Source: Octopus vulgaris (Eukaryota). Taken from it: 64,000 nt of DNA. Location: assembly GCA_951406725.2 (NCBI GenBank), contig OX597815.1, positions 89,590,001 to 89,654,000 on the forward strand, read 5' to 3'. The notes beneath the pieces were generated by a model that saw only the letters and a program-made list of their open reading frames with translations, was not told where the DNA came from and ran no database searches. Each line of letters starts with the position of its first letter. Position 1 is the stretch's first letter. A program made the position numbers and the translations under genes. Of this stretch, positions 1-11,723 are shown one piece after another.

Positions 1-330
1 CTGTAGTCCAAGAAACACATCGAAAGATTCAGCAGCTGAAGAATTTTACAGTGACATCGGCAGTATCATGAAGTAGGTCCCACAACTATTTTAGTACAAT
101 AGTTTTTGATATGAATGCATAAATTGGCAAAGGTGACTGTGTAGAGAAGTGTAAGCCAACAGGAGCAACCAGCTTTTTCTGAATGTTATAACTGAATGTG
201 ATATGAACAATTTTACCATTAAGTACACCAAGAGATCAGGTAAACTATGGACGGTCATCTATCTAGGTGGGTCACAAGCCTAACCGTATCTTCCTGGTAA
301 CCAAGAAGTGGACGAATTGTGCTCTGCCCG
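1..330 (+). mobile_element. Degenerate LINE (RTE-type) apurinic endonuclease fragment
   Basis: Manual translation across stops and frameshifts: CSPRNTSKDSAAEEFYSD...DMNA*IGK...KRSGKLWT...KKWTNCAL, matching the LINE APE motifs YSPT..EEFY, GDxNAxIG and KLWT..LDYIL..KW. Confidence 0.7.
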
Positions 331-444
331 AACGTTTAACTGCCAACTGGTTGAACACTCTGATATACTGAAGAGCGGCTTACGAAATGCAACGCATAGA
401 GGAAACTCTTGTGACAAGTAGTTGGTGATGTTCGTTGCAAAGAT

Positions 445-546
445 GCGATGATGGTAGAGGCGGTGATGATGAGGATGATGATGACGATGATAATAATGAT
501 GATGATGATGGTGGTGGTGATGATGATAAGGATGGTGATGATGATA
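445..546. repeat. Imperfect (GAT/GGT)n trinucleotide microsatellite
   Basis: Direct reading; explains the ORFs at 336-563 and 435-764. Confidence 0.95.
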
Positions 547-1670
547 AATTCGGCATTCATCATTGTTATTTCTTTCTTTTGGTGGGTTTATGTGAGTTTT
601 TGAACTACCCGATTCACCTTCATGTTCCTAAGGTGTGTGCGGCATTACTTTCTTTTGTGTATGTGTGTGTGTGTGTGTGTGTGTGTATTGGGGAATATAG
701 ACCCCCTTTAGTTTCGTGTTTCTTTTTACATCAGTATTTATTCTATCGCGCGTGGTGTGTGTAATTCTGCCCAAAAAGTATTGTTGACTTTCTTCGTGCT
801 ATGCTACAGCAGTTATAACTCTATATACATTATTCGCAAGTTAAACTGCATTTATCTCCGATTTGAGACAGAACCTGTTAGCATCACTTTTGGAGTATAA
901 CAATCCGTACAGAGTCATTGCTTTTTATGTGATGCTATCTAAATAAGCGTTATCTTTTTTTATTTCATTTAAGGATTCCTTCAAATGAAATATAGCTTAC
1001 GTGTTAACAGCTCTATTTATGGGTGTCATTTATCATACAGTTAAACCCTAAGAAGTTATTTTATGTCACATCCCTTCATGTTTTACAGCTCTACTTTAGT
1101 TAAATATTTATAGCCTCTTGTATATACCAATTTTATGATTTCTTTACCTGGCGATTGTATCCCATTATATTTCGCAATCATTTCTCTATTCGCCAATAAA
1201 ATTCCGTACGTTTTTATCCAAAATTCTATGCAAGCTCCGTTTCTAAATCAACGGATAAGTTCTAATAAACCTCTTGTCTGATCTTTATTTTGACTAACGA
1301 AACCATTTTTCCCTATGGGAGGATAATTTAAATATTAGTATACTAAATTTATCAAATGGATAGTACTTATTTCTCTTTCATAATAACAATATTATAAATA
1401 TAATTAATAGTTATCAAATATATACAGAAATACTTTTCATCCAAATAAAAATGATCAATTTTCTTTTCTACATCGATGAAATTACTGCAATCAAGTTTGT
1501 TATATTTGCTATATTTTCTATCTTTTCTAATCGTTCGATAATTTATCAAGAAAGAAATAAGAATTGGGTCTTCTTGATTATGTATTTGCCATAAGAAATG
1601 GAAACGTTCTTGTTATATTCGAAAGCCTTTACTTTCATGTAATATCAGCATATGCTATATATATTTTACT

Positions 1671-1730
1671 GGCGGTGCCCCAGCATGGCCACAGTCTCAA
1701 GGCTGAAACATATAGAAGAATAAAAGAATA
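1671..1730 (+). mobile_element. 3' fragment of tRNA-derived SINE family A
   Basis: ggcggtgccccagcatggccacagtc...gctgaaaca matches the tail of the complete copies at 5584-5989 and 32801-33178. Confidence 0.65.
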
Positions 1731-1829
1731 GCTTAAATATTTTTTGGCAAAATGCGAGAAGGAATCACATGGGTGACAAAGGATATGTAGACGGCTCACC
1801 TATGGTCACGAAGGATCAGAGGAGAGTAT

Positions 1830-1975
1830 CATTAGTTGGCTAGAACGCATTTAGTCTAAATCGTTCTTCGTTAAGGGTAGTTATAGTAGATGCAGGATCG
1901 ATATATAAAGCAGCATAGCGCTTGTGTGATAGCTGATAATAGGTAGTCATATGTGACATTTTGCGAATCAGCAAC
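1830..1975. repeat. Diverged direct repeat, copy 1 (copy 2 at 2815-2960)
   Basis: Shared blocks ttggcta.aacg.atttagtctaaatcgtt.ttcgt.aag.gtagttat.gtagat and gcgaatcagca. Confidence 0.85.
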
Positions 1976-2210
1976 ACCCTTTTTACTAGTGTTAATATGT
2001 CTGGGTATGTACCAGTATCATTACCGCGATTTTTGGTTTATACTGAATTGTTTCATGACCAGTGATTAAGTAAAATGTTTGGATCCTGTATTGCACTGTA
2101 TTTCATGATGAATGTTCATAAGTGATCATCATCAGTTGTTTCCACTTTCAGTTATTTAGTTACGTGTACCACGAATAGAGAGGTATATCTAAAATGTATT
2201 TCATATATTC

Positions 2211-2410
2211 AAAATGTGACCGCGTGTGTACCGTTGGCGATTTTTTTCCTCCGTCTTCCCATCTCTGGATCTTTGACGAAGAGCTCCGCTCGAAACATAA
2301 AACCCTCCTTCTTTCCTTCCTTCCTGAGCGTCCAATAATACTATATTTGTTCCACGTCCTCGCGTTGTTGTGTTTTCTCTTTGTGTTTTCGTGTTTGGAT
2401 TAACTATATA
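2211..2410 (+). mobile_element. Short Penelope pseudo-LTR-like repeat with a minimal hammerhead-like core
   Basis: TTGACGA-A-GAGC-TCC-GCTC-GAAAC at 2273-2296 inside a pyrimidine-rich unit ending in (TA)n. Confidence 0.6.
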
Positions 2411-2814
2411 TATATGCGTGTCTGTGTGTATGTGGTTTACGGTTTAAATATATGTAGGATCAACTAACTAGTAATCCGTCGAGAGAGAAATATCATTTAA
2501 TATACACAAATACAAAAGAGCTACTAGTAGGTTTATACTTTAGGACACATTAAATTGGCAGATTTATATGGTGTGCCGTGTATGTGCGTGTATTTCACAC
2601 TCAGTTCATAACGTTAAATGTATTCAAAAACCAGGACGCTGGACTATGGAAATATATAAGACAAAACGAAAAGAAAAATCGTGAAGATTAGTGCAAGAAG
2701 TGGAACGAGAAGAAAGAATAGAAAAGTAAGAAAACCAAGATCTTCGTCCTCTTTGACTGTAGAAAATATAATGTAGCTGGCGCAGGATAATACGTAAGGA
2801 GCAGACTAGAATGC

Positions 2815-2960
2815 CATTGGTTGGCTATAACGAATTTAGTCTAAATCGTTATTCGTGAAGAGTAGTTATCGTAGATATAGGATTGATATAGGACGTAGCA
2901 TAGCGTTTTCATGATAACTGATGTGACTTGTTCATATATGAAATTCTGCGAATCAGCAGC
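2815..2960. repeat. Diverged direct repeat, copy 2 (copy 1 at 1830-1975)
   Basis: Colinear, near gap-free match to 1830-1975 by eye. Confidence 0.85.
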
Positions 2961-2981
2961 CTTATTACTACTAGGATTAGT

Positions 2982-3185
2982 GGTTTCAAATTTTGGCACA
3001 AGGCATCATTTCGGGGGAGGGACTAAATAAATTACATCGACCCCAGTCATCAACTGGTACATATCTTATCTAGCTGAAAAGGATGAAAGACAAAATCGAC
3101 TTCAGCGGAATTTAAGCTCAGAAATTAAAGACGGACCAAGTGCAGTTGGCCTGGCGTGCTAAAGTTTATGAGAGCTTGCCACCTT
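2982..3185 (-). mobile_element. Degenerate tRNA-derived SINE family B (Nin-domain-like)
   Basis: catcgaccccagt..actggtac...ggatgaaagacaaaatcgac...ggaattt, matching the full copy at 49121-49356. Confidence 0.8.
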
Positions 3186-3283
3186 TTGCTACTACTTATG
3201 ATAGTACAAAATTAGAAACAACACCTAGAATTTTATGTGGAAGAGAATTAATATAATACGTTAAATGTTTGTATACGTGCTAT

Positions 3284-3285
<2 letters not shown>

Positions 3286-3349
<64 letters not shown>

Positions 3350-3352
3350 ATA
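3286..3352. repeat. (TA)n(TG)n microsatellite
   Basis: Direct reading. Confidence 0.95.
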
Positions 3353-3789
3353 TAATTGATCCTTAAAAATGAAAGGCAGGGTTGACTTCGAAGAGAAGAA
3401 CTGAAACAAATGACATTGTGTCTTATACGCTAATTTTGCCAATGCCTCGCCATGATTCCTTTCATTCACAGAACTCCAACTTTTTTCGAGAAAGGTATGT
3501 TTGTAACTGTACTGCAACCGCGGCGATTTTGATTACATTTTGTTAGACATAACTGTATACCAGTCTACGTTAAATAACATATGAATTTCTTATAGTGGTA
3601 AGACGCTACAAAGCGATTCGAGGGCAATTTTAATAGTATATCTAGCGACAATTTACAGCTTCCCTTTAATAATTTGATATGACAGGCTTTCGACAAAATG
3701 AAAAACAAGTCTACGATCGACATTGTTAACGTGATCTTTCAACTGATTTATTATTTCACCGAATGACTAAATTATACTTATAATTATAT

Positions 3790-3885
3790 CTATATGTATG
3801 TATGCATGTATGTATGTATGCATGTATGTATGTATGCATGTATGTATGTATGTATCTATGTATGCATGTATGTATATTTATATAC

Positions 3886-3927
<42 letters not shown>

Positions 3928-3987
3928 ATATATCAACACACAGAAACATATGTAAATCACACTTAAACACACATACACACACACTCG

Positions 3988-4019
<32 letters not shown>

Positions 4020-4060
4020 ACTATATACATACAAATATATGTGTGTGTGTGCGCGTGTAT
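3790..4060. repeat. Compound (TATG)n/(TA)n/(CA)n microsatellite
   Basis: Direct reading. Confidence 0.95.
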
Positions 4061-5583
4061 TCACATAAATCCGTTGAATCTGAGTAAATCTTAGTCTGTC
4101 ACCAACTAGATATTGACTATAGTTGCATCGATATATCTCAGATTAAAAGATGGCACCATACCGATACCGTACCGATTTAACTTAACTTCGTTCAAGATCT
4201 GTGTCTGGTTCTCTCTGTATCAGTCACGATCTAGAAAAGTAATTAAATATGACGTTAAACTGAATTACGAATGTCTGATCACCGCTGTTGCTATGGATGA
4301 AACGTCTCACCTGTCTCTTCACTGATTGAATACACACTTTTATTTAGTAGCAGGTACCATTTTTCTTTCCCCAGTAAGATGTAGCCCTTGCCAAAACTAA
4401 AAGTTTTGTATCAGATTCCGGCCTTCGTGATGTAGTATGCAGTTAAAATCATTTTTGTTTTATTACAGACCAAGTAGGAAGTATGTTTTTTTTTGTTTTT
4501 TACGATATCTTCTCTAACGTTGAATATGTAGCACTGAAGTTGTTTCTAATATTCCTTTGAGAGAGAAGGTGCACATATTTATTGTACCACTCCGTTCCCT
4601 ACTACATTGATATATAAAATATGCTTTTATTCTTACATCTCTTTAAGGAAGTTCTCTTCGTGTTAAATTGTTCAAATTTTTCTTCAAGCGATGAATATTC
4701 ACATATCAATCTTCATAGAAGGATACATAAAATGTTATCAAGCATAATGGATAAATATTATCAAAGGAAGCGTTTCTTTTATACTCCTGACATAACTTAC
4801 ATATTTCAATTAATTTAGAGGTAATAATTATTGAAATCATCTTTTTCTCATACAAAACTTTATCTAATTTTAATTTGATGACAATACACTGCAGCAGCAT
4901 TTTATGTTCTTCTCCCCATATTTTGTTTTCTATCTCAAAGTATTCAAGATAAGTTTTAAACTAATTTTGTGCATTAAGATTCAACTCTCTCTACACCAAA
5001 TTGCACTAGTTTATATATTTCCGCGTTTAATGTCATCCAGTACTTCCAATTTAATAACCTCTGAAAACTTTCTGACAAATGTACCACAAAGCCTCATTCA
5101 GAATATTAAATATGATAGCGAAGGCAATTAACTTTCTTTTTTATGAGTAATAATTTTCGATATTCATTTTTTGAAGATTGATGAAATCATTTAAGAATAT
5201 TCAGGAACTAACATCTTGAAATTTTATTTCAGTATCTAAAACGAAATTTATTTTATAGATTTATCAACTTGATGGCATTGGATGGTAGAATCAGTAGCAT
5301 TCAGAACAAAATGAATTACGGTAGTTAGTAGCGGTCTCTTCCTTGCTAAGATCAAATCGCGGATAATAATATATGTAACATAAGACATATGTGTGTGGTA
5401 TGGAGAGGTGTGCGATTTTCGGTAAATGTGCTGCTTCGGAGAGAAAGGAGAAGTGTAATGGAATGTTGCAAACTAACTTCCAGGCCATGGAAAATAAATA
5501 GGATTAAGAGATTCCCAGGAAGATGCATAAACGACACACAGGGATAGGGTAAGAAATAGGAAGTATGGATATATAAATATATA

Positions 5584-5989
5584 CTCTTTACTCTTTACTC
5601 TTTTACTTGTTTCAGTCATTTGACTGCGGCCATGCTGGAGCACCGCCTTTAGTCGAGCAAATCGACCCCGGGACTTATTCTTTGTAAGCCCAGTACTTAT
5701 TCTATCGATCTCTTGTGCCGAACCGCTAAGTGACGGGGACGTAAACACACCAGCATCGATTGTCAAGCAATGCTAGGGGGACAAACACAAACACATACAC
5801 ATATATATATATATATATATATATACGACAGGCTTCTTTCAGTTTCCGTCTACCAAATCCACTCACAAGGCATTGGTCGGCCCGGGGCTATAGCAGAAGA
5901 CACTTGCCCAAGATGCCACGCAGTGGGTCTGAACCCGGAACCATGTGGTTGGTTACCAAGCTACTTACCACACAGCCACTCCTGCGCCT
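5584..5989 (-). mobile_element. Full-length tRNA-derived SINE family A with internal (TA)n/(TG)n tract
   Basis: Minus strand: A-box-like GGCTGTGTGGTAAG, B-box-like GGTTCAGACCC, CORE-like CTTGGGCAAGTG and a (GAGTAAA)n tail; near-identical copy at 32801-33178. Confidence 0.9.
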
Positions 5990-6549
5990 ATATATGCACA
6001 TGTAAAATGAAAGTATGTGAAGAAGTCGAATGTGTGAAGTAAGGGTTATCCGTATATCTATATACTATATTTAATAAATATCGCTGTGAAATTAGGCTTC
6101 GTGGTAAACTGTTTACTTTATGAATTACGACATGCCTCACACAATCTTCTTTAGAAGATTTAGGAAATTAACGGCGTTCCAGACGACATCAGGTGATGTT
6201 CCGATGATGGGTTCGATAGAACATCTCCACATCTCTCACTTCGTCAGAATTCAATCGTTGTTTCATGTGACAAATGACTGTTAAGAATGTGATGTCTCCT
6301 TAAACATTAGGCCTCTCTCTGAGACGAAGCATAGAAAATACGTGTTAAATTGCACTATTCTCTTCCAGACCGGAATTCCATTTCTCATTTCCATCACACT
6401 CAGAAAACTATTCTGAATATTATTTACTGCTAGTAGTAGTTTAGCAACAACCCATCATCATCCGTTGAACTTAGAAAAAACGCCTTCCGTCTGCTTTAAA
6501 CTGTTATGATTTTTCAGGCATAGTCTAGTTCTTTCTTTTGTAGGAGTGC

Positions 6550-6651
6550 CTGAATTAGTGTTGCCCACACTAAACGCATTTCATTAACATATATCTTCGA
6601 TTGAAAATATATGTTAATGAAATGCATTTAGTGTTGGCAACACTAATTCAG
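6550..6651. repeat. ~100-bp near-perfect inverted repeat (hairpin)
   Basis: Arms of ~49 bp with about 3 mismatches around a 4-nt loop. Confidence 0.92.
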
Positions 6652-7255
6652 CAGAAATGAGAACGTTAGAAACATAATTAGATAATATAAAATAATATTT
6701 CAAGTTCGCTTTAGTCTCTGTTGTCAATTGACCTAAAACTGATAAACAAAAACTATGTCACTTTATATGTTTAAAATACATTATAGCTTTCTAATTAATT
6801 GAAATATTTATTCATTAAAATTAATCTTCATTTTTTTTCACCAAACAATTCTGCTATGAATATAATTGCGAAAATTTTCTTTAAGACATGAGGAAGAGAC
6901 AATATTTTCTCTAACTCGCTATGTGAATCTTTGTGAGTGTGTGTGAGGTGGTGGTGGTGATTGAGTAATAGCGCGTGAGTATGCATATACAAGGGAAAAT
7001 GAAGATTATCTAGCTTTTCACTGTTTTGCAACACGAGATATATGTTCATAAAATGTTTAACAAAAATGGGTTTTCAGGTTCCAATTTAAATCCTTTATTC
7101 TTGTTATTGATCCGGCAAATCGCAGATGACTTGAGACTAAAGAGCAAAATCATATTACTCCAATATAACTTTGCTCATTCGCTTTCTGATTTTCATTCTT
7201 ATGATTAACAGTTGTTTATATAATTCTCTAATGTTGAAACAAATATATATATATA

Positions 7256-7756
7256 CTAGCAGTATCGCCCGGCGTTGCTCGGGTTTGTAAGGGAAATAAC
7301 TATATAAGCATTTTTAGAGAGTTACTTCCCTTATAGATGCAAATTCGGGCTTTCGTTTTGGTGTCTTCAAGTCATGAAGTCGTTGTTCTAAAAGAACGCT
7401 GGTATCCTTGACAACGCTTTACGACGTTGATTTCTTTACACTCCCTTCCCCATAGCTTCACGAGGGAGGGAAGAAGGGGGAGAAGCAAACAGGTGCAGGT
7501 GTGACCATGGACGCCAACTCCGCCGCCATCGACACACGAAAAATTATGCATTAAAATGGAATAAAAAATTATGTTAAATTATTTTTAAAATCGTAGACTC
7601 ATCGTAGACGCGCGCTAATACTCAGACGGGCTTGATATGAATCACGACTATAAGATACCCGAATTTGGTTAAACTGCACCGCAAAATGTGGGAGTAGTTA
7701 GGAATCTAAATCGAAGGGGACAGACACTCACACAACTACAGTTTTATATATATAGA
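7256..7756 (-). mobile_element. Non-autonomous Helitron (~500 bp)
   Basis: Minus strand starts TC(TATATATATAAAA) and ends in hairpin CCCGAGCAACGCCGGG followed by CTAG; inserted between A and T with no TSD. Confidence 0.88.
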
Positions 7757-8639
7757 TATATATAAACTTGTCTTTTAATATTTCGCTTAGGCTTTGCGAG
7801 ACCAATAACTCGATGTAAAACTCAGTATAAGTATGTTTCAAAATAAAGTGATGCATGAGTATAGAGCGTCAAAAAGAAAAAAGGTGAGAGCAATGACATA
7901 GGGATTAATGTTCATATCATGAACGTTCTAGTTTACAGCTGCTTCTGTTATAAAATGCAGAGGACTCATACTTGAGTGCCTGAATAACACCTTATAGCTT
8001 CAAGGAAACCTCAAATGTAAAATGCAATTTATTTGGGAAAAAAATACATTTGCGTCCATTTAGCGAACAGCATCAACGTTGACAAAACTCAATATAGATC
8101 TATGTAATAAAAGTGTATGTCCAAATGTAGTTAAATGTATTAGTGGAAATATATGTATTTATATGTAAACATGCACTCTCAGGCATCCACGAATACATAC
8201 GTGTGTGTGTCCAGACACGCCGACAAATAGATATATACTTATACATGCATACCTATATGCACAAGCATACACACACACACACATTGATGTCTAGGTAGCA
8301 AAAGTAAAGTTTGAAGTGAATAATAATCATCTACTTTATTTTCTAGATGGGCGCCAATAGGAAATAACACATACTGACCAAAGACGAAAAAAAATGTTTT
8401 ACTCTTGTGAAGTCTTGGTAGCAGGTAGCAAGTAGTAGCAGTTCTGATTTTTTTATTCACCATAAAGGTTATATACAGAATTGGACAGCACATCCGGAGA
8501 ACTTAAAATAACAAAAGCGAATGACAAGATAAAAAATTAAAATATTAATGAATTATGAAAAGATATTTACAATGAGGTGTAAATGTCCACTCGATCCCCG
8601 GAATCGAGTGGTTACATTTTCGTCAGTTTTTTCCACAGA

Positions 8640-8995
8640 ACACAATATTTCACCGAATTTCTAAATACATTTTCAGAATATTTTTCATAAAATTCCAACA
8701 AACATTCTACAGAATTTCAAAAATACCGTTCTCAACATTTCAAAATACATTTTCAAAACACATTTCGAATATACATATCACAAATTTCAACAAACATTTT
8801 ACAGAGCTTCACAAATTACTTTTCTCAATTCAAAATACATTTCACAAGTTTACAACAAACATTTTACAGAATTTCAAAAGTACACATTCAAAAACCATTT
8901 CACATAATTTCGAATATACATATCACATAATTTCAACAACATTTTCCAGAATTTCAAATTACATTACCAAAATTTCGAAATACATTTACTCAGAA
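8640..8995. repeat. Degenerate tandem repeats in the 3' UTR of the ORF1-only element
   Basis: Recurring caaacattttacagaatttcaaaa/tacatt units. Confidence 0.8.
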
Positions 8996-9391
8996 TTGAT
9001 CCTAGACATGTATTCTATTACCGTTTCCAGCTCTTTGAAGTACTCCACTGCACGTGGATGCCTTCTCAATCGAACCTTCACGCTACCTATCACGCTACCT
9101 ACCTTCCGGCAGCCTCGAGAAACTCATCGGCTCTGTCCTGACGGATTAGAGCACCCGTTTGCCGCACCTCGTCTCCCATCTTAATCCATGTATGTCCTTC
9201 TTTTTCACTTATTAAGTTGCTCATTTCAGGGCAGCACTTGTGAGTTAACATTGTCGCATAATAATACTGATCCCCTCCTATGAATTAATTCGTCTTCCTT
9301 TTAGGACTTATTTCCTCCTTGTTCTTCTCTTTTTGTTTCTCTCTTTCTTTCTTTTTGCCTTCTCTTCTTTCTCTTTCTTTCTCTTGTCTTT

Positions 9392-10237
9392 TTATCTCGT
9401 TGTCTGTTTTCTCTTTATCCCGTGCTTTATGTTCCTTTCCTGTAGTTTCTGTACCGTCCTATCCTTTCGCTTGACTCTGTTCCCTCTCTTGTTTTTTTCC
9501 TGTTGTTTCTCTTTCCTTTTTTTCTCTTGACACTGTTTTGGTTCTATTAATTCCTTCCCTCTGATGTCTTTTTCCTTCATTGTCTTATTATTTCCCTTCT
9601 CTTGTTGTTTCCCCGTTGTTTCCTTTTCTTTGCTTTCTTTCCCATTTAGTGTATTGTTCCTTTCTTCAAGTTCCCTTTCCAGCTCATACTCCGCTACGAA
9701 TTCATATAGCGGGCATTCCTTTTTTATGTGCCCCCTTGTCCCGCACAAGTAGCAGTTAAGTTTTCTCCCCTCCACGATTACGCTAAGGGTTTTTTCGTTT
9801 TCAATCTCAATTTTGAAGGGAAACCTTTCAATATCTTCTGCTGTGGCCATTAGCCACAATTCTACCCCGTATCCATTCCAGTTCACTACGTTGGACTCCT
9901 TGATTGATCCAATTTCTACTTCCTCTTCTGCTGACCCTAGAATGGCTGCTGTCAGCCATTCTGTCTTTACTTCAGGGGGTACATTCGGGATTTTGACTCG
10001 TACCCCTCTTCTTCCCTTATATGAAGGCCACATAGTAAATTTTACGGCTCTTAGTACGGTGGTAGCCAGCGAGGCTGCAAATTCCTCTGTTGTACATCTC
10101 ACCTCCACCGTACCAAACTTCTTGCCTCTGCTCACAAAAGTAATTCTCTCCATTATGTCTCCCAGACATTTTTCAATTTCGTCTATCGCTATTCTTGCTA
10201 GCTTTCGTGTACTCCTATCTTGGGTTGTGTAGGTCAC
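9392..10237 (-). pseudogene. LINE ORF1/gag-like nucleic-acid-binding protein with CCHC zinc knuckle (L1/Tx1-like), disrupted
   Basis: 281-aa ORF with VIVEGRKLNCYLCGTRGHIKKECP and a K/E-rich tail; the upstream ATG (~10354) and a downstream coding-like extension to ~8990 are out of frame. Confidence 0.8.
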
Positions 10238-10544
10238 TGTCTTATTTTCCTTGTCCTCTTTTGTTTCAGCAGTTTTTCCTTCGCAAAGAATACTTCTCTT
10301 ACAGTAAGTGACGAATCACTTTTCTTTGTAGCGACCCTCGCGTGAGTCTCCATGACTTGGGGGTCGACTCACCTTCTACAAAAAGGTTCCAACACGTGGA
10401 GGCAAGCGCCTCGCGCGATACAATATCAATTTCACACACAGAAAAAACTAACTTCTAGTAGTAGCAGTCCTGCCAAGCCCCCACACGAGTAAAAAAGAAA
10501 GACAAAGACAGACAGAAAAAAGGAAAATGTTCCTTACATTTGAA

Positions 10545-10705
10545 AACTATGGAAATATTTTAAAGAAACATTTCATTTAATTTTTCTACAATTGTTTTAA
10601 TTGTTTTTCATGCTTTACTCTCTGTTGAAAATGTCACAAAGACTGAAATCGGTACTAAAATGTTCTTCCTCATAAAATTAGTTTAGCATTTTCTACTTTG
10701 TCTTA
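10545..10705 (+). mobile_element. Short repeat with a degenerate variant hammerhead core (family copy at 56345-56500)
   Basis: TTGAAAA-TGTC-ACAAA-GACT-GAAA-TCGG-TA at 10625-10654; downstream ataaaatta..ttagcattttcta shared with the 56.4-kb copy. Confidence 0.6.
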
Positions 10706-10709
10706 TATA

Positions 10710-10750
<41 letters not shown>

Positions 10751-10894
10751 CATATATATATATACATAGAGAAAGAGAGAGAGAGGGAGAGAGAGAGAGG
10801 GAGAGAGAGAGAGAGAGAGAGGGAGAGAGGGAGATACATACATGCATATACACAGACATACATACACACAGACATACATACTCACATATGTTTA

Positions 10895-11331
10895 TGGCTT
10901 GGCCACATGGAGAGGATGGGTGAAGAGCGGATGGTAAGGAGAGTGATGAAGGCAGAAGTGGTAGGCAGCAGAGCCAGACAGACCTCGGTTTGTGTGGGTG
11001 GATGGAGTGAGGAAAGCTTTTGTTAGAGGTATAGGAGTGAAAGATAAAAGAGAGTTTATAAATGATAGGAGAGCTTGGAGAGTGTTTGTGGACGGATGAC
11101 CGAATTTGATGTTGCTGAAAGGGGTATGGAACCAGCATGATACGGCAGGGGTAAACCAGGATATGCTGTTGGGTCCCGCTGATGATATTGGTGGTTGCGT
11201 TCTATGCCTTGACCCGAGCATAGAACGGGGCTCGCCTCTTTGAGCTAGTTGAGCTGGGAAATAAATGGAACGCCTAGTGTGTGTATTGTGGCTACTCCCT
11301 CCCAAAAAATGGAGAATAGGCCTGGGTATAT

Positions 11332-11335
<4 letters not shown>
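10895..11335 (+). mobile_element. RTE LINE 3' fragment (end of ORF2 plus 3' UTR) ending at (TA)n
   Basis: WLGHMERMGEERMVRRVMKAEVVGSRAR..RPRFVWVDGV...DRRAWRVFVDG*, a typical RTE C-terminus. Confidence 0.85.
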
Positions 11336-11379
<44 letters not shown>

Positions 11380-11659
11380 ACAGTAAGATAGGGGTTATGC
11401 GTGTAACCCACTATGGGATATCATTTATCCAATATACTGTTGGTAAAGTACCCAAATTCTTAATACATAAATGTTTTTAATTGCAATGCAATGAAGTTAT
11501 TTAATGTATTAAACGGGTGAAGGTAAAGAAATATTTTTACCGTCAATTTATAATACAAATAAAAAATGGAGAAATAAATTTGGTTTGTTCATCAACTTAC
11601 GGATATTATAATGTTGGATTATTTATTCGTATGTATATATGTATATATGTATATATGTA

Positions 11660-11717
<58 letters not shown>

Positions 11718-11723
<6 letters not shown>

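Larger units (their letters stand above)
8447..10456 (-). mobile_element. 2-kb retroelement encoding only ORF1/gag, flanked by a putative 16-bp TSD
   Basis: Direct repeat AGTAGTAGCAGTYCTG at 8431-8446 and 10457-10472; AATAAAAAAT at the 3' end on the minus strand; CCHC-knuckle ORF; no RT motifs seen. Confidence 0.7.

Noticed and set aside
336-764. ORFs with poly-I/poly-D tracts, and the many YI/CV/HT-repeat ORFs across the window
   Set aside because: They are translations of microsatellites and show no coding signal
5860-5989. tRNA-like A/B boxes considered as tRNA genes
   Set aside because: They are SINE heads attached to SINE bodies, with no complete cloverleaf
8640-8995. Repeat array considered as CRISPR-like
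   Set aside because: Degenerate, irregular units with no unique spacers, in a eukaryotic context with no cas genes
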